A stretch of DNA of 61,837 bases. Source: Chara braunii. Lineage: Eukaryota; Plantae; Charophyceae. A program made the translations under genes and the position numbers. This document shows positions 12,769-25,839 of the stretch, in pieces. Where the stretch lies: contig BFEA01000018.1 in assembly GCA_003427395.1 (NCBI GenBank), positions 2,942,905-3,004,741 of the forward strand. Reading direction: 5' to 3'. The notes under the pieces are model-generated. The model saw nothing but the letters and a program-made list of their open reading frames with translations, was not told the DNA's origin and did not search any database. Each line of letters opens with the position of its first letter. Within the stretch, counting starts at the first letter, position 1.

Positions 12769-13594
12769 TTATTCTGCTCCATACCATTGCAGATCCACCA
12801 TTGAGAGTTCTTGGGGCGGGAAGGGGTCAGGGAATTCCGAGGAGGGGCGCAGCGGTATTGCGGGGTCCGTCCTGGTCCATTCCTTGAAGCGAAGGGCGTA
12901 ATCTCTTATTGGTTCACCTTGGCTGTGCTTACCTGATGCCAACTGCCAAATGACCCTTACAGTGGCAAATCCCATATAAGTGTGTACCGACTCCAGACTG
13001 GCTGGTTTCCAGAACCGGGCCTTGAACACAAGGGTTTGCATTGCCTGTTGTGCCAGTGCTGTAACAAAACTTCTCCAAGGATGAGGGCCACTCTTGAGCA
13101 GTGTTATTTGCCCACACAGGTGTGTCCCAAAGCTGGAGATGGTAGGAGGCTGTGTGACGGATATCACCGACAACTCTCTCTCATGGTTTGCCAAGCTGAT
13201 GCTACTGGTGTAGCTGGAGGATATCCCATTTAACTGGGGTCCTTGGGAGAGGAAACTCTTCTCCGTGAGGACCATAACCAGACTAGAAGAACTTCTGATG
13301 CTAGCCTAGAGGGCAAGATGCCCCTTTGAACGCAAACACCACAAGATTGGATACCTCCAAGCAAGGCACCATATAACGGATTTCATTCGCGCAAACGTCA
13401 GATGCGCGCATAGGGACATGAGGAAAAGGATTAAACCAGTGGAGGAGGACGGTTGGTTGTCTGGGAACCAATGTAAACACCAGAGAATAACAGAAATAAA
13501 GACTCAGCTCAAAGACAACTATCGGGTCAAAAGAAAAGGTAGCGGGTGTGGAAAGAGGGAAGCAGGGAAGCGGGTTTGGAAAGATTGGTGACAT
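12769..13594 (-). pseudogene. disrupted ORF of unknown function, probably repeat-derived
   Basis: Two adjacent minus-strand ORFs (97 and 168 aa) with ordinary amino-acid composition; no motif recognised. Confidence 0.25.
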
Positions 13595-14263
13595 ACGGAT
13601 AGGTCATGGCAATATAAACCGCACATATACTTCTTTTGGGTCTCTCCCTCGCACAAACCCCCGACCTACCCACTCCTCTGCACCCAGAACCAAGAGTCAA
13701 AACCCTGATCTCATATCCTGATCAGCTCCCTCCCTCCCCTCCTTGCTGGTACAACCAACTGGCTGCCCAAGCCGGGTCTCGCTCCCCTATTCCAAGGAGT
13801 GGTGTTGGTGTCGAGTGGCAAAGGACTAAGACTGACGAAGCTGTGCTCATAGAGCATGTAAAGCTCGTGTTCTATTCAAATGTTTAGTCAAGCCCTAGCC
13901 AGCAGGATATATGTGCGACCAGGACGACATTGACACCTAAGGTGGCTACTAGTCTGGTCGAGATGTCAGTATGGTTGGGGGAAAGGGGTCAGGGGCATGG
14001 GAGCGAGTATGAATGTGGTCATTGTGGTAATGAAACCAGGATAAAATAACAGCAGACAAATCCACAACACATCTTTAGAGGGGGCGCTGGACCTTGTTTC
14101 CAGTATGTGTAGCTCTTCAAGCAGACAATGGAGCCATCCACAAGTGAGTCCTGAATCTAGCCCGTTATCTTACCACCGGCAGGATTAATCCATGTTTTTT
14201 TCCCTCCCCCTATAAAAAAGTACGGGCTGCAGTTTCCATGAAAGATGGCTAAACCACAAAAAG

Positions 14264-14266
<3 letters not shown>

Positions 14267-14357
<91 letters not shown>

Positions 14358-14358
14358 N

Positions 14359-14450
<92 letters not shown>

Positions 14451-15362
14451 CACAACGGGGTCTTGGCCCACATGCGGTCGTGTAGAGTAGTGCGGCCCGT
14501 GGGCGTTTGTTGCCAACCGCACATATGGAGTCCATCTTGTGGTCTGTGAGAGCTCCCGGGTGAATTTCGTGGTTTAGTCAGCCACACCTGTTTCCCATTG
14601 GTTCCGACGACCACGGCGTAGGGGGGAAATGGAGTAGGCCATGTAGAAAACTATGGATTCGCTACCTCAATAGTTTTCTACATGACCTCCTCTGCGCTGC
14701 GGTTTATGGAATTTCATTGAAAGGTCGCAAGCCGGTCGTCGTGGAGCCGGATTTTTCGTGCAGACACTGCCAGACGATCTGTCAGCTATGCTGCTCAGTA
14801 AGCATTTCCCCGAGATTCACAGAAGGCAAAAATCATGGTCGTGTATCTTTCCATGCTCTAGGGGAAGATCCAGGGCCTCGCTCCACTACTCTCAAAATGT
14901 GCAAAATGAGAGTGAATCTTCCGCTGGAACATGGAAAGATACACCACCATGAGTTTTGTCTTTGTGGATGTGGAGAGAAGTGGAGCGAGGCCCTCACTCT
15001 CGACATGCACAAAAGACGAAAGTCATGGCGGTGTACTTTTCCATGTTCTAGCGGGAGATTCACTCTCATGTTGCACATTTAGAAAGTAGTGGAGATAGGC
15101 CCCATATGGACTTCTGTTTTCTTTGAACTTTTTCATCTGGCAGACATGATTCAATATTTATTTTCCTGCCTTCGTGTGTCACACAGTGTAGATTTCTACG
15201 TACAACTACACGGACGCATGTGGGCTGAGACCCCAAGAAAGAATCTAACCGGTTTGGCGGGAAGATTCATTCCGGTTTTGCATTTTGCAAATGGGCGCGC
15301 TGCCAAAAGTGCAAAACGGGAGTGAATCTTCCCGCCAAAGCAGGTAGATTCTTTCCCGTTGT

Positions 15363-15432
<70 letters not shown>
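14267..15432. mobile_element. foldback element with GTGCACAACGGG TIRs capped by (TC)n on the left and (AG)n on the right
   Basis: TIR 14448-14459 / 15355-15366; inner inverted pair 14457-14495 / 15199-15234; microsatellites 14267-14447 and 15367-15432. Confidence 0.7.
14873..14993. mobile_element. PIF/Harbinger-like MITE nested in a related element
   Basis: GGGCCTCGCTCCACT ... AGTGGAGCGAGGCCC TIRs, approximate 3-bp TSD (cca/tca); same family as 24368. Confidence 0.75.
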
Positions 15433-15433
<1 letters not shown>

Positions 15434-15546
15434 ATGTCGGTATAAAAAAACGATGCCTTTCCACTTGGCTATCCTCGAAGGAGATAACGCGACCGGCCAA
15501 CGACCTCATTGTCTTAGCTTAGAATTGTGATTCTCTCTCATTGTAT

Positions 15547-15740
15547 TCTCTCTCTCTCTCTCTCTCTACACTGGCAAAGAATCTACGCGCTTTGGTGGGA
15601 AGATTCACTCCCGCTTCGCACTTTTTCTCTCTGCGCCCGTTTGGAAAATGCAAATTGGGAATGAATCTTCCCGCCAAAGCGGCTAGACTCTTCCTCGTTG
15701 TGCAGACATACAGAGAGAGAGAAAGAGAGAGAGAGAGAGA
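15547..15740. mobile_element. short microsatellite-capped copy of the 15235-15366 module (inverted)
   Basis: (TC)n-...GGGAAGATTCA...TGAATCTTCCCGCCAAA...GTTGTGCA-(AG)n. Confidence 0.65.
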
Positions 15741-16355
15741 GGGGAGGGTGGGGGGGGGAGAGCTGTACGCCGATTTGGTATGTGAATCGTTGTTCTATTG
15801 TGTGATGGTAGAGAGTTGGGGATCCTCCATTCCCTCCTCAAGTTATATCCCTGGAGCCCGCTCCGGCCCTGCGGTAAGGTGCAGTATCTTGTGACACCCC
15901 CAACATCCCGTACTAAGGAATCGCTATGCCGGCCTCAACCCTAAGCTACATACTAGGAGGATAGTCAACCCTGAGAATCTATTGACCCTGTGTTGTATGG
16001 TAATCTGTGAGAGTCGACAATCCTTCGTTCCCTCGTATATCCCTTGAACCTGTTTCGGCCCTATGGTAAGGTGCAGTATCTCTTGACATATGGTTGTCGG
16101 AGAAGAGCAACCGGACTGACACCCCTCAGGATAGAAGGGGCTTTCAAAAAAGAAAGAAAGAAAAAAGGAGGCACAACTACTGGCAAAATGCTCGGTCTTT
16201 GTGTAAATTGGACCCCCACCGACTCCCTCAATCACTACGGCAAGGGGCAACATGCAATATCCCCTTCACCGTGCTTGCAGGGGGGCCCTCTATATAGTTG
16301 TAGGAGTAGGCAGGTAGTGAAGGGCGAAAGAATTTGAAAGAAGAATATAGTGTAA

Positions 16356-16392
<37 letters not shown>

Positions 16393-16394
16393 TA

Positions 16395-16976
16395 AAATTG
16401 CATCTCTACAGATGGTACCCGCTTAGAGATTGGAATACCCGCTATACCCAGTCCTAGTGCCAACTTGCATCTATACCTGTAAAACTGCCAGTGGAAATGA
16501 TTTGCATGCCCAGGACTGAGGTGCACTCGGGTTGGTACTGCAAAACTGTGGTTATAACCAAGTATTAGGATGCAGAAATTATAGACATACCCAGACAAAG
16601 TTACGGGCATACCCAGGACTGAGGTGGACCCGCCAAACTACTGATGTACCGTACTACTGAATGGTTGAAACTATGCTCATACCCAGTCGTCGTTGCACAA
16701 CCGTGGACTTGGTGGGCATGAGGATAATGTCGTAGTCCACCATCCAAGGCCCGCGACTTGGTGTGGGTACACCGTGCTACACAAACAATTTACCAGCCTG
16801 GTTTCTGGGCATGAGCATAATTTTGTGGTCTGGAGACGACTCAGAGGGCCTCTGGGAGTGGGTGCACTTACAATTTTGCACACGGGAAAAGTTGGGTACT
16901 ACGCAAAGTTGAAAGGGGTCCGGGTGTAAATGCAAGTTTGTGTTGGGACTGCGTATGGCGAATATAAATGCAATTT
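16395..16976. mobile_element. degenerate element with long imperfect terminal inverted repeats
   Basis: AAATTGCATCT...CCAGTCCTAGTGCCAACTTGCATCTATACC versus the reverse complement of GGTGTAAATGCAAGTTTGTGTTGGGACTG...ATGCAATTT. Confidence 0.5.
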
Positions 16977-17075
16977 TCCCTTTAAAAAAAAAAAAGAGAT
17001 GGTTGACAGAGATGGGTATCGCAGGCCTTTGCCACCAACCCATAACCACGATCTGAATGTGGGTGCCCCTGTTAA

Positions 17076-17231
17076 ACCACCAGTACTTGGCCTATACATC
17101 AGCCGCGGGCTCCTCACTGCAACTTGCGGAGGTCGTAGACGCGATGCTGCCCGTTGATGAGACTAATCAAAGGCTTACCGACCCCTAATGTGAGGGGCCT
17201 GCGGCCGATGGATGGGCCAAGTGCTAGTGGT
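17076..17231. mobile_element. TTAA-flanked MITE
   Basis: TTAA|ACCACCAGTACTTGGCC ... GGCCAAGTGCTAGTGGT|TTAA. Confidence 0.85.
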
Positions 17232-17758
17232 TTAAACATATGTGGACACCAAACATCACAGAGTATGTACAGGGATGCACATGATGCCAAAGTGATATTG
17301 AATCCTCAACTGCCCTATTCCAAGTGTCGGTAGTCAGACTTATTTGCAATTTTCAATGTTCATGTCTAGTTGGGGATTCTGCAAGAGTGTAATTTGGGGC
17401 CTCGCTCCACTACTGTCCACTATACAAAGTTTTGGTTAGTTCGTGTATAACTGTCAGACTGTACAAAATCGTCGAAAAAACGGTGTCGCTCCACTTGCTA
17501 CTGTATACAACTCTCCAATGTCAGAGGTCACTACTAGACGCCGTGACAACGCTGTAAGACACAGTGTCAATGGTAATTGTCCACCGAGACTCCAGGTACA
17601 CTCTCCAAATTCGGGACCGCATCATGAGTTCCTTGTACTATGGACTCTTTGAGTAACGAATTTTGCAGGCTGGGAACTATACAAACGTGGATAGTGGTAT
17701 TGGAGAGAGTTGTCTGACAACCATCCAAGGAAGTTCAGAGTTCTTTTTCAGATAGTAA

Positions 17759-20700
17759 GGGCCTCGATCCACTACTGCTCGCTATACGAGCATTTGGATA
17801 GTGTATAGCTGTCAGACGGTCCGAAATATTTCAAAACGCGATGTCGCTCCACTTACTATCCGAGTCCGCTATACAAGCCTCCAATTCACGAGTTCCCTAC
17901 CAGCCGTCGTCACATCACAACAAGAAACGGCAACATCAGCAATTTGTCCACCCATACGCTAGGTACACTCTCCAAATTTAGGCGTGGTCGGTGAGTTTTT
18001 TTTTTTTTTTTTTTAGTTAATGTCGCCTGCAACAACAGATAGAAGTAATGGTAAGAGCATGCATTTGTACCTGTCTTGCAGGGAGCTACACCTGCTGGAA
18101 ACCGGGTTCAGCGTCCCTTGAGATACAATGTTAAGATGCTAAATCAACACATGTTGGGAAATGGGTCAGTGTCCCTCATGACAAACTGATAATGCTACTA
18201 ATGTTATAGGATGATGATGAAAAAAAAAAAAAACTTAACCTCTCAATCAACGAGCAACTCCAAGCCTCCTCTATACTGAGCACGACACTCTAAATGCTAT
18301 ATCACCCTGGCCAATACGAACCATAGTTGTCACATTCTCACTTCCAAAACTATACTTGACCGCTTAGGTTGGCATGACAATCTCCCCCAATTCGCCACTA
18401 GATTGTCTTCCTCCATCGACAATCCCCATGTCTCTATACCAAGCCTCATGCTCCTGCTACAAAGAAGTCGGAGGGCCAAGCCCCAACATCGGTTAGCGTC
18501 GTTCTAGCATCGACAAACCAAAAGCACAAAACACCACAGCTTTGTACGACATATGGAAGACTTCTAAACCTCTAAAATCCTATCATGATGTCTGGTGTGA
18601 GAGGAAACAGAGATGGCGCCTATGATAGAAGAATGTCATATAATAAGCTTAAACAACTCAGATAATTAGTAATTATAGTATAATTTATAGATTGTTTTTT
18701 TTTTTTTTTAATAAGAAAATAACACCCATGAATAACCTCCTGCCTCGATCGTTACCAAACACCCATAAATCATGAGATACTGCTATCCTATTCGAAACCC
18801 CACAAACAACCATGTTTTTACCACCATACGTATCCCCAACCTCACGCACCTATAAAACTGGACAACAAGGCAACAATTCCCATCTAACTATTGATTCGGC
18901 CCCCCCCCCCTTTAAAAAAACTCAAAATCTCTTTACAAGGCCTCATGCTTTTGGGAAACAGGTTACAGGGTTGCGTCCTAACACTAGCCAGTGTCGTTCC
19001 GGGAGAGGTGGTTAACAAATCCACTGATATTCAATATTTACATAGGTACTGAAGTTCTGAACACACCTCCCCCAAAACAAAACAAAACAGAGGGAAGAGG
19101 TAGAGGTTCAAGTTTTTCAACATCTTCACCACTTCAAAGTTTTCGAAATCTTCAAATTAATATACATCTAGACTATGAAAATTTTGAATATTTTGAAGTA
19201 GTGAAGGTGTTGAAAATTATGAACAAACCCTCCTTAAAGAAAACAAAGCAAGGGGAGACAGAGGAGGTTCAAAACTTTTAGCATCTTCACCACTTCAAAA
19301 TTTTCAAAATCTTCAGTGTAAAAATTCATCCGGATGCCTCGGGGGGTGTTCATAATTTTCAGCATCTTCACCACTTCATTTTTTTTAGAATCTTCAACGT
19401 CTATATGCATTGGGCTATAAGGGGGGCATTCAAATATACATTTTCAACGGTTCAAAATTTTTATAATGTTCAACATTATGATATCCAAAAAGGGGAACAC
19501 TAGACACCTTTAAATCGTTGAAACCCGATTTTAGAAAACTTCAAAATCACTGAACCTTTCACACTTCATAATTACTTTCGGTAAGGATTCAGCAAATTGT
19601 TGACCACTTATGGAGAGGTGGTTAACAAATCCACTAATATTCAACATTTACACAGGTACTGAAGTTCTGAACATACCTCCCCAAAAACAAAACAAAACTG
19701 AGGGAAGAGACAGGGGTTCAAAATTTTTAACATCTTCACCACTTCAAAGTTTTCAAAATCTTCAAGTTAATATACATCTAGACTATGAAAATTTTGAAGT
19801 GGTGAATGTGCTGAAAATTATGAACAAACCCTCCTTAAAAAAAACAAAGTAGGGGGAGACAGAGGAGGTTAAAACTTTTAGCATCTTCACCACTTCAAAA
19901 TTTTCAAAATCTTCAGTGTAAAAATTCATCCGGATGCTTCGGGGGATGTTCATAATTTTCAGCATCTTCACCACTTCAAAATTTTTAGAATCTTCAACGT
20001 CTATATGCATTGGGATATAAGGGGGACATTCAAAATATTCAGCATTTTCAACAGTTCAAAATTTTTATAATGTTCAACATTATGATATCCAAAAAGGGGG
20101 ACACTGGACACCTTTAAATCGTTGAAACCCGATTTTAGAAAACTTCAAAATCACTGAATCTTTCACACTTCATAATTACTTTCGGTGAGGATTCGGCAAG
20201 TTGTTGACCACTTGTGCGTTATGGCATCGGCCAACCGGAAACCAAACAGAGCAACTTCATCAGGCAACAGATAGAGCTTCACAACCACTTGAAACATGAA
20301 GTCGGTTGCTGAAGAAGTTGTCGATGAGTGTTATTACATGATTATTGGAACCTATGAATTTGTGTATTATGATGCTGATCCAGAGGGTATCGCAAGACAC
20401 CCTCCTCGTTCCTCATCCCTTACCCATATGTTGCCGCCGCCAACAAAGAAACATTTTAATTAGAGATGTTCCCCACTAGCCCCAGCATGAGACAAATCTC
20501 CCCCTCCCTGTTATCCTTCAAAGACTTTCAGTTTCCACCCAAAGTATGCCTCTTACCACCCTTGTTTTTTTCTACCTCCACTGGGATATACTACAAAAAA
20601 CACCCTAAAATTCCGCTACTACCCCCTTTAGGGCGTTCACATCCCACCTTGTTAAGCCCTTGTAGAGTAGTGTTTCCCCCTCGACACCTTCCCCCAATAA

Positions 20701-21567
20701 AACGCCCCATCAATGCAATGCTATAAAAAAAATATTAAAAGGTAAAATTTTTAAAATAAAAATTTAATAAATTATTTAAAGATGGAAAAGTGAAAACTGC
20801 GTGGTTATGTTTAATGTTTTTAGTAACAAAGCTAGAAAAATATTGATTATGATTTAGAAATTTGTTATGTAGTAAGTATCATGGTCTGGAGACCATGTCT
20901 TTAGGAAAGTGAAGATAGAAAAAAATAAAATTAAGGATAAAGAGAGTTTGTGAAATTAATTACGAGATTAGTTACGAAATGAGTAGGAAAGTAGTTGGTT
21001 GATGAGAAGGTTCATGACTAGATGAACGCAATGATTGAGGATGAATATGAGATTGGTGAGATTGATGATCAGGATGACTGTGTTACTACACAAATACATA
21101 ATTGACAAATGCCAAGTAGAGAAAAAATTGAGAAAATAGAAAAAATGTGAGTAACTCATCCCGTAGAAGCACTAAGCCCACCCTCCTTACCCGGTATCTT
21201 GCCTCCCCTCTTTCCTCTTCCTCCCGCTCTCTTCATACTCCAACCCTCCCCCACCCTTCTCCTCCTTTCTTCCCTTCCTCCTAACTCTAACGTTGCCCCT
21301 ACCCCTCTCCCCTCCCTGTCCTCATAACATAACGCCAATTCTTCTATCACTTCCCCCACAATGAGAGAAGTGGACATAAAAAACACCGCAGAGTCCGAAA
21401 AAAAAATGAGAGAGCGGGAATAGGGATATGAAAGAGACAAGAGGGTAGGGAAACAAGAGATTAAAAGGATAAAGAAGGAGGAGAGAAGGAGAGAGAAAAA
21501 CAAGTGAAAAAGACTGATAAAAAGGTGAAAATAGGTGAAGAAATATGGTATTAACCTTCCAAATGAC

Positions 21568-21609
<42 letters not shown>

Positions 21610-22603
21610 ACACTGAAGATGACCTCCCCGATGATGAACCCCTGACCAATAACGATCTTCTCAGTAATGTCGTTGTCGATGTCGAAAAAGAGAAAGATGA
21701 TGATGGAGCTGATGAATGATGCTCCATCCTTGCCCCTGCTGCTGATGATGATGACAAGGCAATCATTGAGAAATTGTACGTTGCCAGTGATGATACCGCC
21801 CTGCCACCGTTGATGGTATTTGATGTATCCGCCGAAATGTGATGATTCCCCCGTGCTAATTAAACCCAATTCATTCCAGAATTTGTGTGGAGAGAGCATG
21901 ACACATAGGTAAATGCTTCTCCCACCCACTCACCGACTGCTCTCCCTCACCTATGAGGTTGAAGAAAAAGAGAACCATCAATACTAATGCCTGACGTGGC
22001 TACAAATAACAAACGACATGTCTAGAAAGGACTTGTTGAGAGGAAGCAACCCACAATCACTATTAGAGCTGACTCGTCTCTGACCAAAGTGCGCGTTGAC
22101 ACGTGGAGTCGCGTTCACCGCTACCGCATATACGCGTGAGTGCACGTGCACACGTGCTTGCGTGTTGACGCACGCGAGGACTTGTCACGCCAACACATGT
22201 CTATGTCATCGCAACACACCCTTCCACCAGTCAGCACTTGCGCCTTAAACACACTCGCACGCCGGCCAACCAGTGTGCATGCCTACCAGCTGGCGCTCGC
22301 CCTTGCCAGCCAGTGCACACGCTCGCCAGCCAGCACTCACACCCGCCAGCCATCACTCGCGCCTGTCAGCCAGCGCACACGCCCGCCAACCGGTGCTCGC
22401 ACCATAGCCAGCCAGTGCTTGTGCCAACTCCATCATGTAACGATTTTTGCAGGCTGGGAACTATAAAACCTTGGATAGCGATTCTGGAGAGCGCCATCTG
22501 ACAACTATACACAGAATTTCAAAGGCCGATTTCAGATAGTAAGTGGAGCGACGTCCAACTATGTGAGATCATATAGTGGAGATCATATAGTGGAGCGAGA
22601 CCC
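17759..22603. mobile_element. inner PIF/Harbinger-like element inserted in a copy of its own family, carrying ~4.4 kb of further insertions
   Basis: TAA|GGGCCTCGATCCACTA ... TAGTGGAGCGAGACCC|TAA; internal segments match the outer copy (17653-17758 resembles 22437-22542). Confidence 0.8.
19006..20213. mobile_element. head-to-tail dimer of a ~600 bp MITE
   Basis: Units 19006-19609 and 19616-20213, each AGGTGGTTAACAA ... TTGTTGACCACTT, with internal CATCTTCACCACTTCAAA repeats in both orientations. Confidence 0.8.
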
Positions 22604-22669
22604 TAAGTGGAGCAACACCCAACTATCCAAATTCGTGTAGCGCTGGAGTAGTGGAGCGAGGCACTTGCA

Positions 22670-22800
22670 CTGGCTATTTGGGACCCTGATTTTTGCAATG
22701 GGCTAGTTGGGACACTGCTTTTTGCAGAGGGCTAGTTGGGACACTGATTTTTGCAATGGGCTAGTTGGGAAACTGATTTTTGCAATGGGTCAGCTGGGAC
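22670..22800. repeat. 30-bp minisatellite, about 4 copies
   Basis: Unit GGGCTAGTTGGGACACTGATTTTTGCAAT(G). Confidence 0.9.
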
Positions 22801-24367
22801 TCCGAGTCCTGCAAGGGTTAGGTGAATTGATATATTGGTCAAAACGGAACCCTCTACTTTACCTAACCCATGTGGCTGAATGGTCCTGTTGATAGGCGAA
22901 CCAGGGCTCGAATCCCGATCCCGTCTATCGGCGAGATGCCTGGAGGCCGGCAGCAGTGTATGAAGGAGGAGGGGAAGAGGGGGAAAAATAGGAGGCCAAA
23001 AAAGGTAACACTAATTCCGTCACTTTTCGGTCCCAGAGGTTACTACCGGTCGCGGAATCCTGCACCTTCGATGACCAGGGCCGTGGTCCCGTTAGCAAAG
23101 AGCATCGGATTGAATGCCTGAATCTGGACGTGTTTGAGGACAGATGCGGGAAATCGAGATAGAACTGCTTTTCGGTATCTCTGCATGAAACTAATACCAC
23201 GCTCGGGCGTGGGGACGCAGCCAGGTCGGGGGCGGACCGGCGACCAGCCGACGAGAGCCGCGCAATGTGCAGTTGCGGAAATGGAAGGAACTCCAAAACA
23301 CGACGCATTTAGGCATTGAGGCAACCCATCGCCCCTATTGGACGTTGTCCCTTACGCAACGACGGAATAAAAAATGGACAATTTGTGAGACATCCCTATA
23401 AGTTGAGCTATATGCCAAAACGCACCTAAAAGATCTGGGTAGACTGGAACACTCCTCTGACACAAAACTTGTCATGTAGAACGTAACCGTAATCGCAAAC
23501 GCACATGCGCGTACACACAACAGTCCCGAAACGTATTCCCTTCGCCATGCCCACATCTAAGTCGGACACGTCCCCCGGATGCTTTTTTTTTTTTTCGCCA
23601 GACTGACCACGATGGCCGCCAGAACAACGCCCGAAGCACGAATCTGGACGCGAATGCGGAGAAGTACACAGACCCGAAAAGAATCCAGCCCATACTTAAG
23701 TTGGGTACGTCCCCCGGATGTTTTTTTTTTACACCAACCTTTTTTTTGGGGGGCCTGCCCCCCCTCAACCCCGTTGGTAGGCAACGACGCGACAACGACG
23801 CTGTGCATGCCGCGTTTCCCGTCTATAAAAATTCTCGGAAACGGAAAGTTTCCTCAGCGCCCGAATCTGGACGTTTTTGTGGAGATGTGCAGAAAGTCGC
23901 AACCCCCCTAAGCACAGCCACTAAGCGTAGCCAAAACATAACTCACCATCACCATAAACTCAACTCAACAATGCCAGCCAGTCTTCACGCCCCCGCCAGA
24001 AAACCATGCTTGTGTCCGTGTTGCTGGCGCGATTTCGAAACCTCCCTCCGACCGCCCTCTCTCGCTTTCCAAAGACCCTGACACTCACGCGCTGCTACAG
24101 ACATGCCCTACCCGGCCGCACGCACGGTTCGCCAGACCGACGAAGCAGTAGCAGCTGCCACTGAGCGAAATACTACAATTCTTTTCTTTTCTTTTCGGGG
24201 GGGGGGGGGGGGGGAGGATACTACATTTTTGAATTTACCAAGGGTCGTTCAGTTCGACATAGTCGGTTTCTTTTTTCCCCCCTTCTTCTTCTTCTTGTTG
24301 TTCTTCTTCTTCTTTCTACAAAAACATATTTAATTTAATGCTAAACAAACAGATATTCCAAGATTTA

Positions 24368-24489
24368 GGGCCTCGCTACACTACTCTTCAAATGTTCGAA
24401 ATGAGAGTGGGTTTTCCGCTAGAACGTGGAAAGATGCACGGCGATGATTTTTGTCTTTTGTGTATTTCAAGAGCAGCGCAACGAGGCCC
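24368..24489. mobile_element. Tourist/PIF-Harbinger-like MITE
   Basis: TTA|GGGCCTCGCT ... ACGAGGCCC|TTA; body similar to 14873-14993. Confidence 0.85.
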
Positions 24490-25094
24490 TTAGTATGTTG
24501 ATCTGATGACGAACTCCTCTTTGAAATTGTTATTATTATGCAAAAAGAAGGAGGGGGCTCTGGGCGGCAAACCGTCCACAGACAAACAACCCCCAAAAAA
24601 GAGCAAAAAGAAATTATGGGACTATTACCCAGCTTAGGTGCAGAAGTTGGGGTATGATCCATATACAGAAAATGCGAAATCCAGACCGGCCCGAAAAAAC
24701 CCCAACAAGCCACAAAGGACCTTATCTTTTTCATTTTTGTTATTTTTTTTGGTTTTAGAGCCCGCCCGCTCAAATAGACTTTCTGAGATGCTTCCCCAAC
24801 CAAAAAAAAAAAAGACGATCATTGAGTGTGCATAGCATTTTGTTTGTCTTGTACTCTGTTCAAAAGAACTGACTCCTTGCCCATATGGTCGAACTCTGGT
24901 CAGCTCCAAAGGCTTCCCTTTGGACATAATTTTCACTATTTTTGTCGGTGTATTTGGGTCATTTACTGACATCCCCCTGCAGTGCACTTTCCCAGTTACG
25001 TCCAAGCTTTTTTGGTTTTCATTTTTCTTTTGCAGCAGCTTGGTTTCTGTCCTGCGTGCAAATCGTAATACAGGGATGAGAATGTAAGTTTTAA

Positions 25095-25205
25095 TGCTCT
25101 TGGGATGTCTGTAAAAACTGGAACAATACAGAGAAAATCAACATGGCACCTGTGCAAGAATAAGAACAGAAGAAAAAGGGACATACACAAAATTTTGTAG
25201 AGACC
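25095..25205 (+). pseudogene. U6: highly degenerate U6 snRNA copy with an internal A-rich insertion
   Basis: GGGATGTCTGTAAAAACTGGAACAATACAGAGAAAATCAACATGGCACCTGTGCAAGAAT[insert]GACATACACAAA aligns to U6. Confidence 0.65.
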
Positions 25206-25689
25206 CAATGGAAATTTTTCAGCATTCGTGTCACAACTGCCGAGATGAAGAGGCGTCGGATGCATCCGGGAAGAAACGTTGGCACATTCATCAGCTGCGG
25301 CTTTTGTAAGCTAACTGGACTGGACAGGTACACTGATAAGATCTAGCATCTTCATCCCAATAGAACGTCTAGTCAGCATAGCCACATTCGGGGCAACTTT
25401 CAGTCTGCATGAAGCCATAATGACCAGACTCGAATGCTAGACCTACGAAAATTCGTGATGGTGCTGGCTGCCTGTTTCTTCTGTGGCTGCATTGGTGGGG
25501 ATCTATGGGATGCTGCCTGGCATCATTTTATAGGCATCATTCTTCCGTGAGATGTCTGAACATGACTGTTAGGATAATTTGCTGAACATTCATCACACCA
25601 GATGCTCTTTGGAAGGAAAGCAGCACATGCTCTGCTATCTGCAAGCGAAAGCCCCAGTCCCAGTGACGATTCGACCCAAACGGGCAGCT

Positions 25690-25839
25690 ACATCTAGATG
25701 TCCCTCCTCTTTGCGTTTTTCCATTTTCCAGAGAGAAACAGAGAGCGCACACATGTACACATGCAGATGCACATGCATTTTTTTTCATGTGTTTGACAGA
25801 CAAACATACATATACGCAGACATAAACATAGACAGATGT
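25690..25839. mobile_element. short derivative of the 28587-28805 segment, flanked by 36-bp direct repeats
   Basis: Starts ACATCTAGATGTCCC and ends CAGACATAAACATAGACAG like 28587-28805; flanks 25645-25680 and 25840-25875. Confidence 0.6.

Larger units (their letters stand above)
17397..22664. mobile_element. outer non-autonomous PIF/Harbinger-like element
   Basis: TTG|GGGCCTCGCTCCACTAC ... GTAGTGGAGCGAGGCAC|TTG, with a 3-bp TSD. Confidence 0.75.

Noticed and set aside
21156-21929. 257-aa minus-strand ORF
   Set aside because: Low complexity, driven by (GAT)n and purine-rich tracts; no domain recognised.
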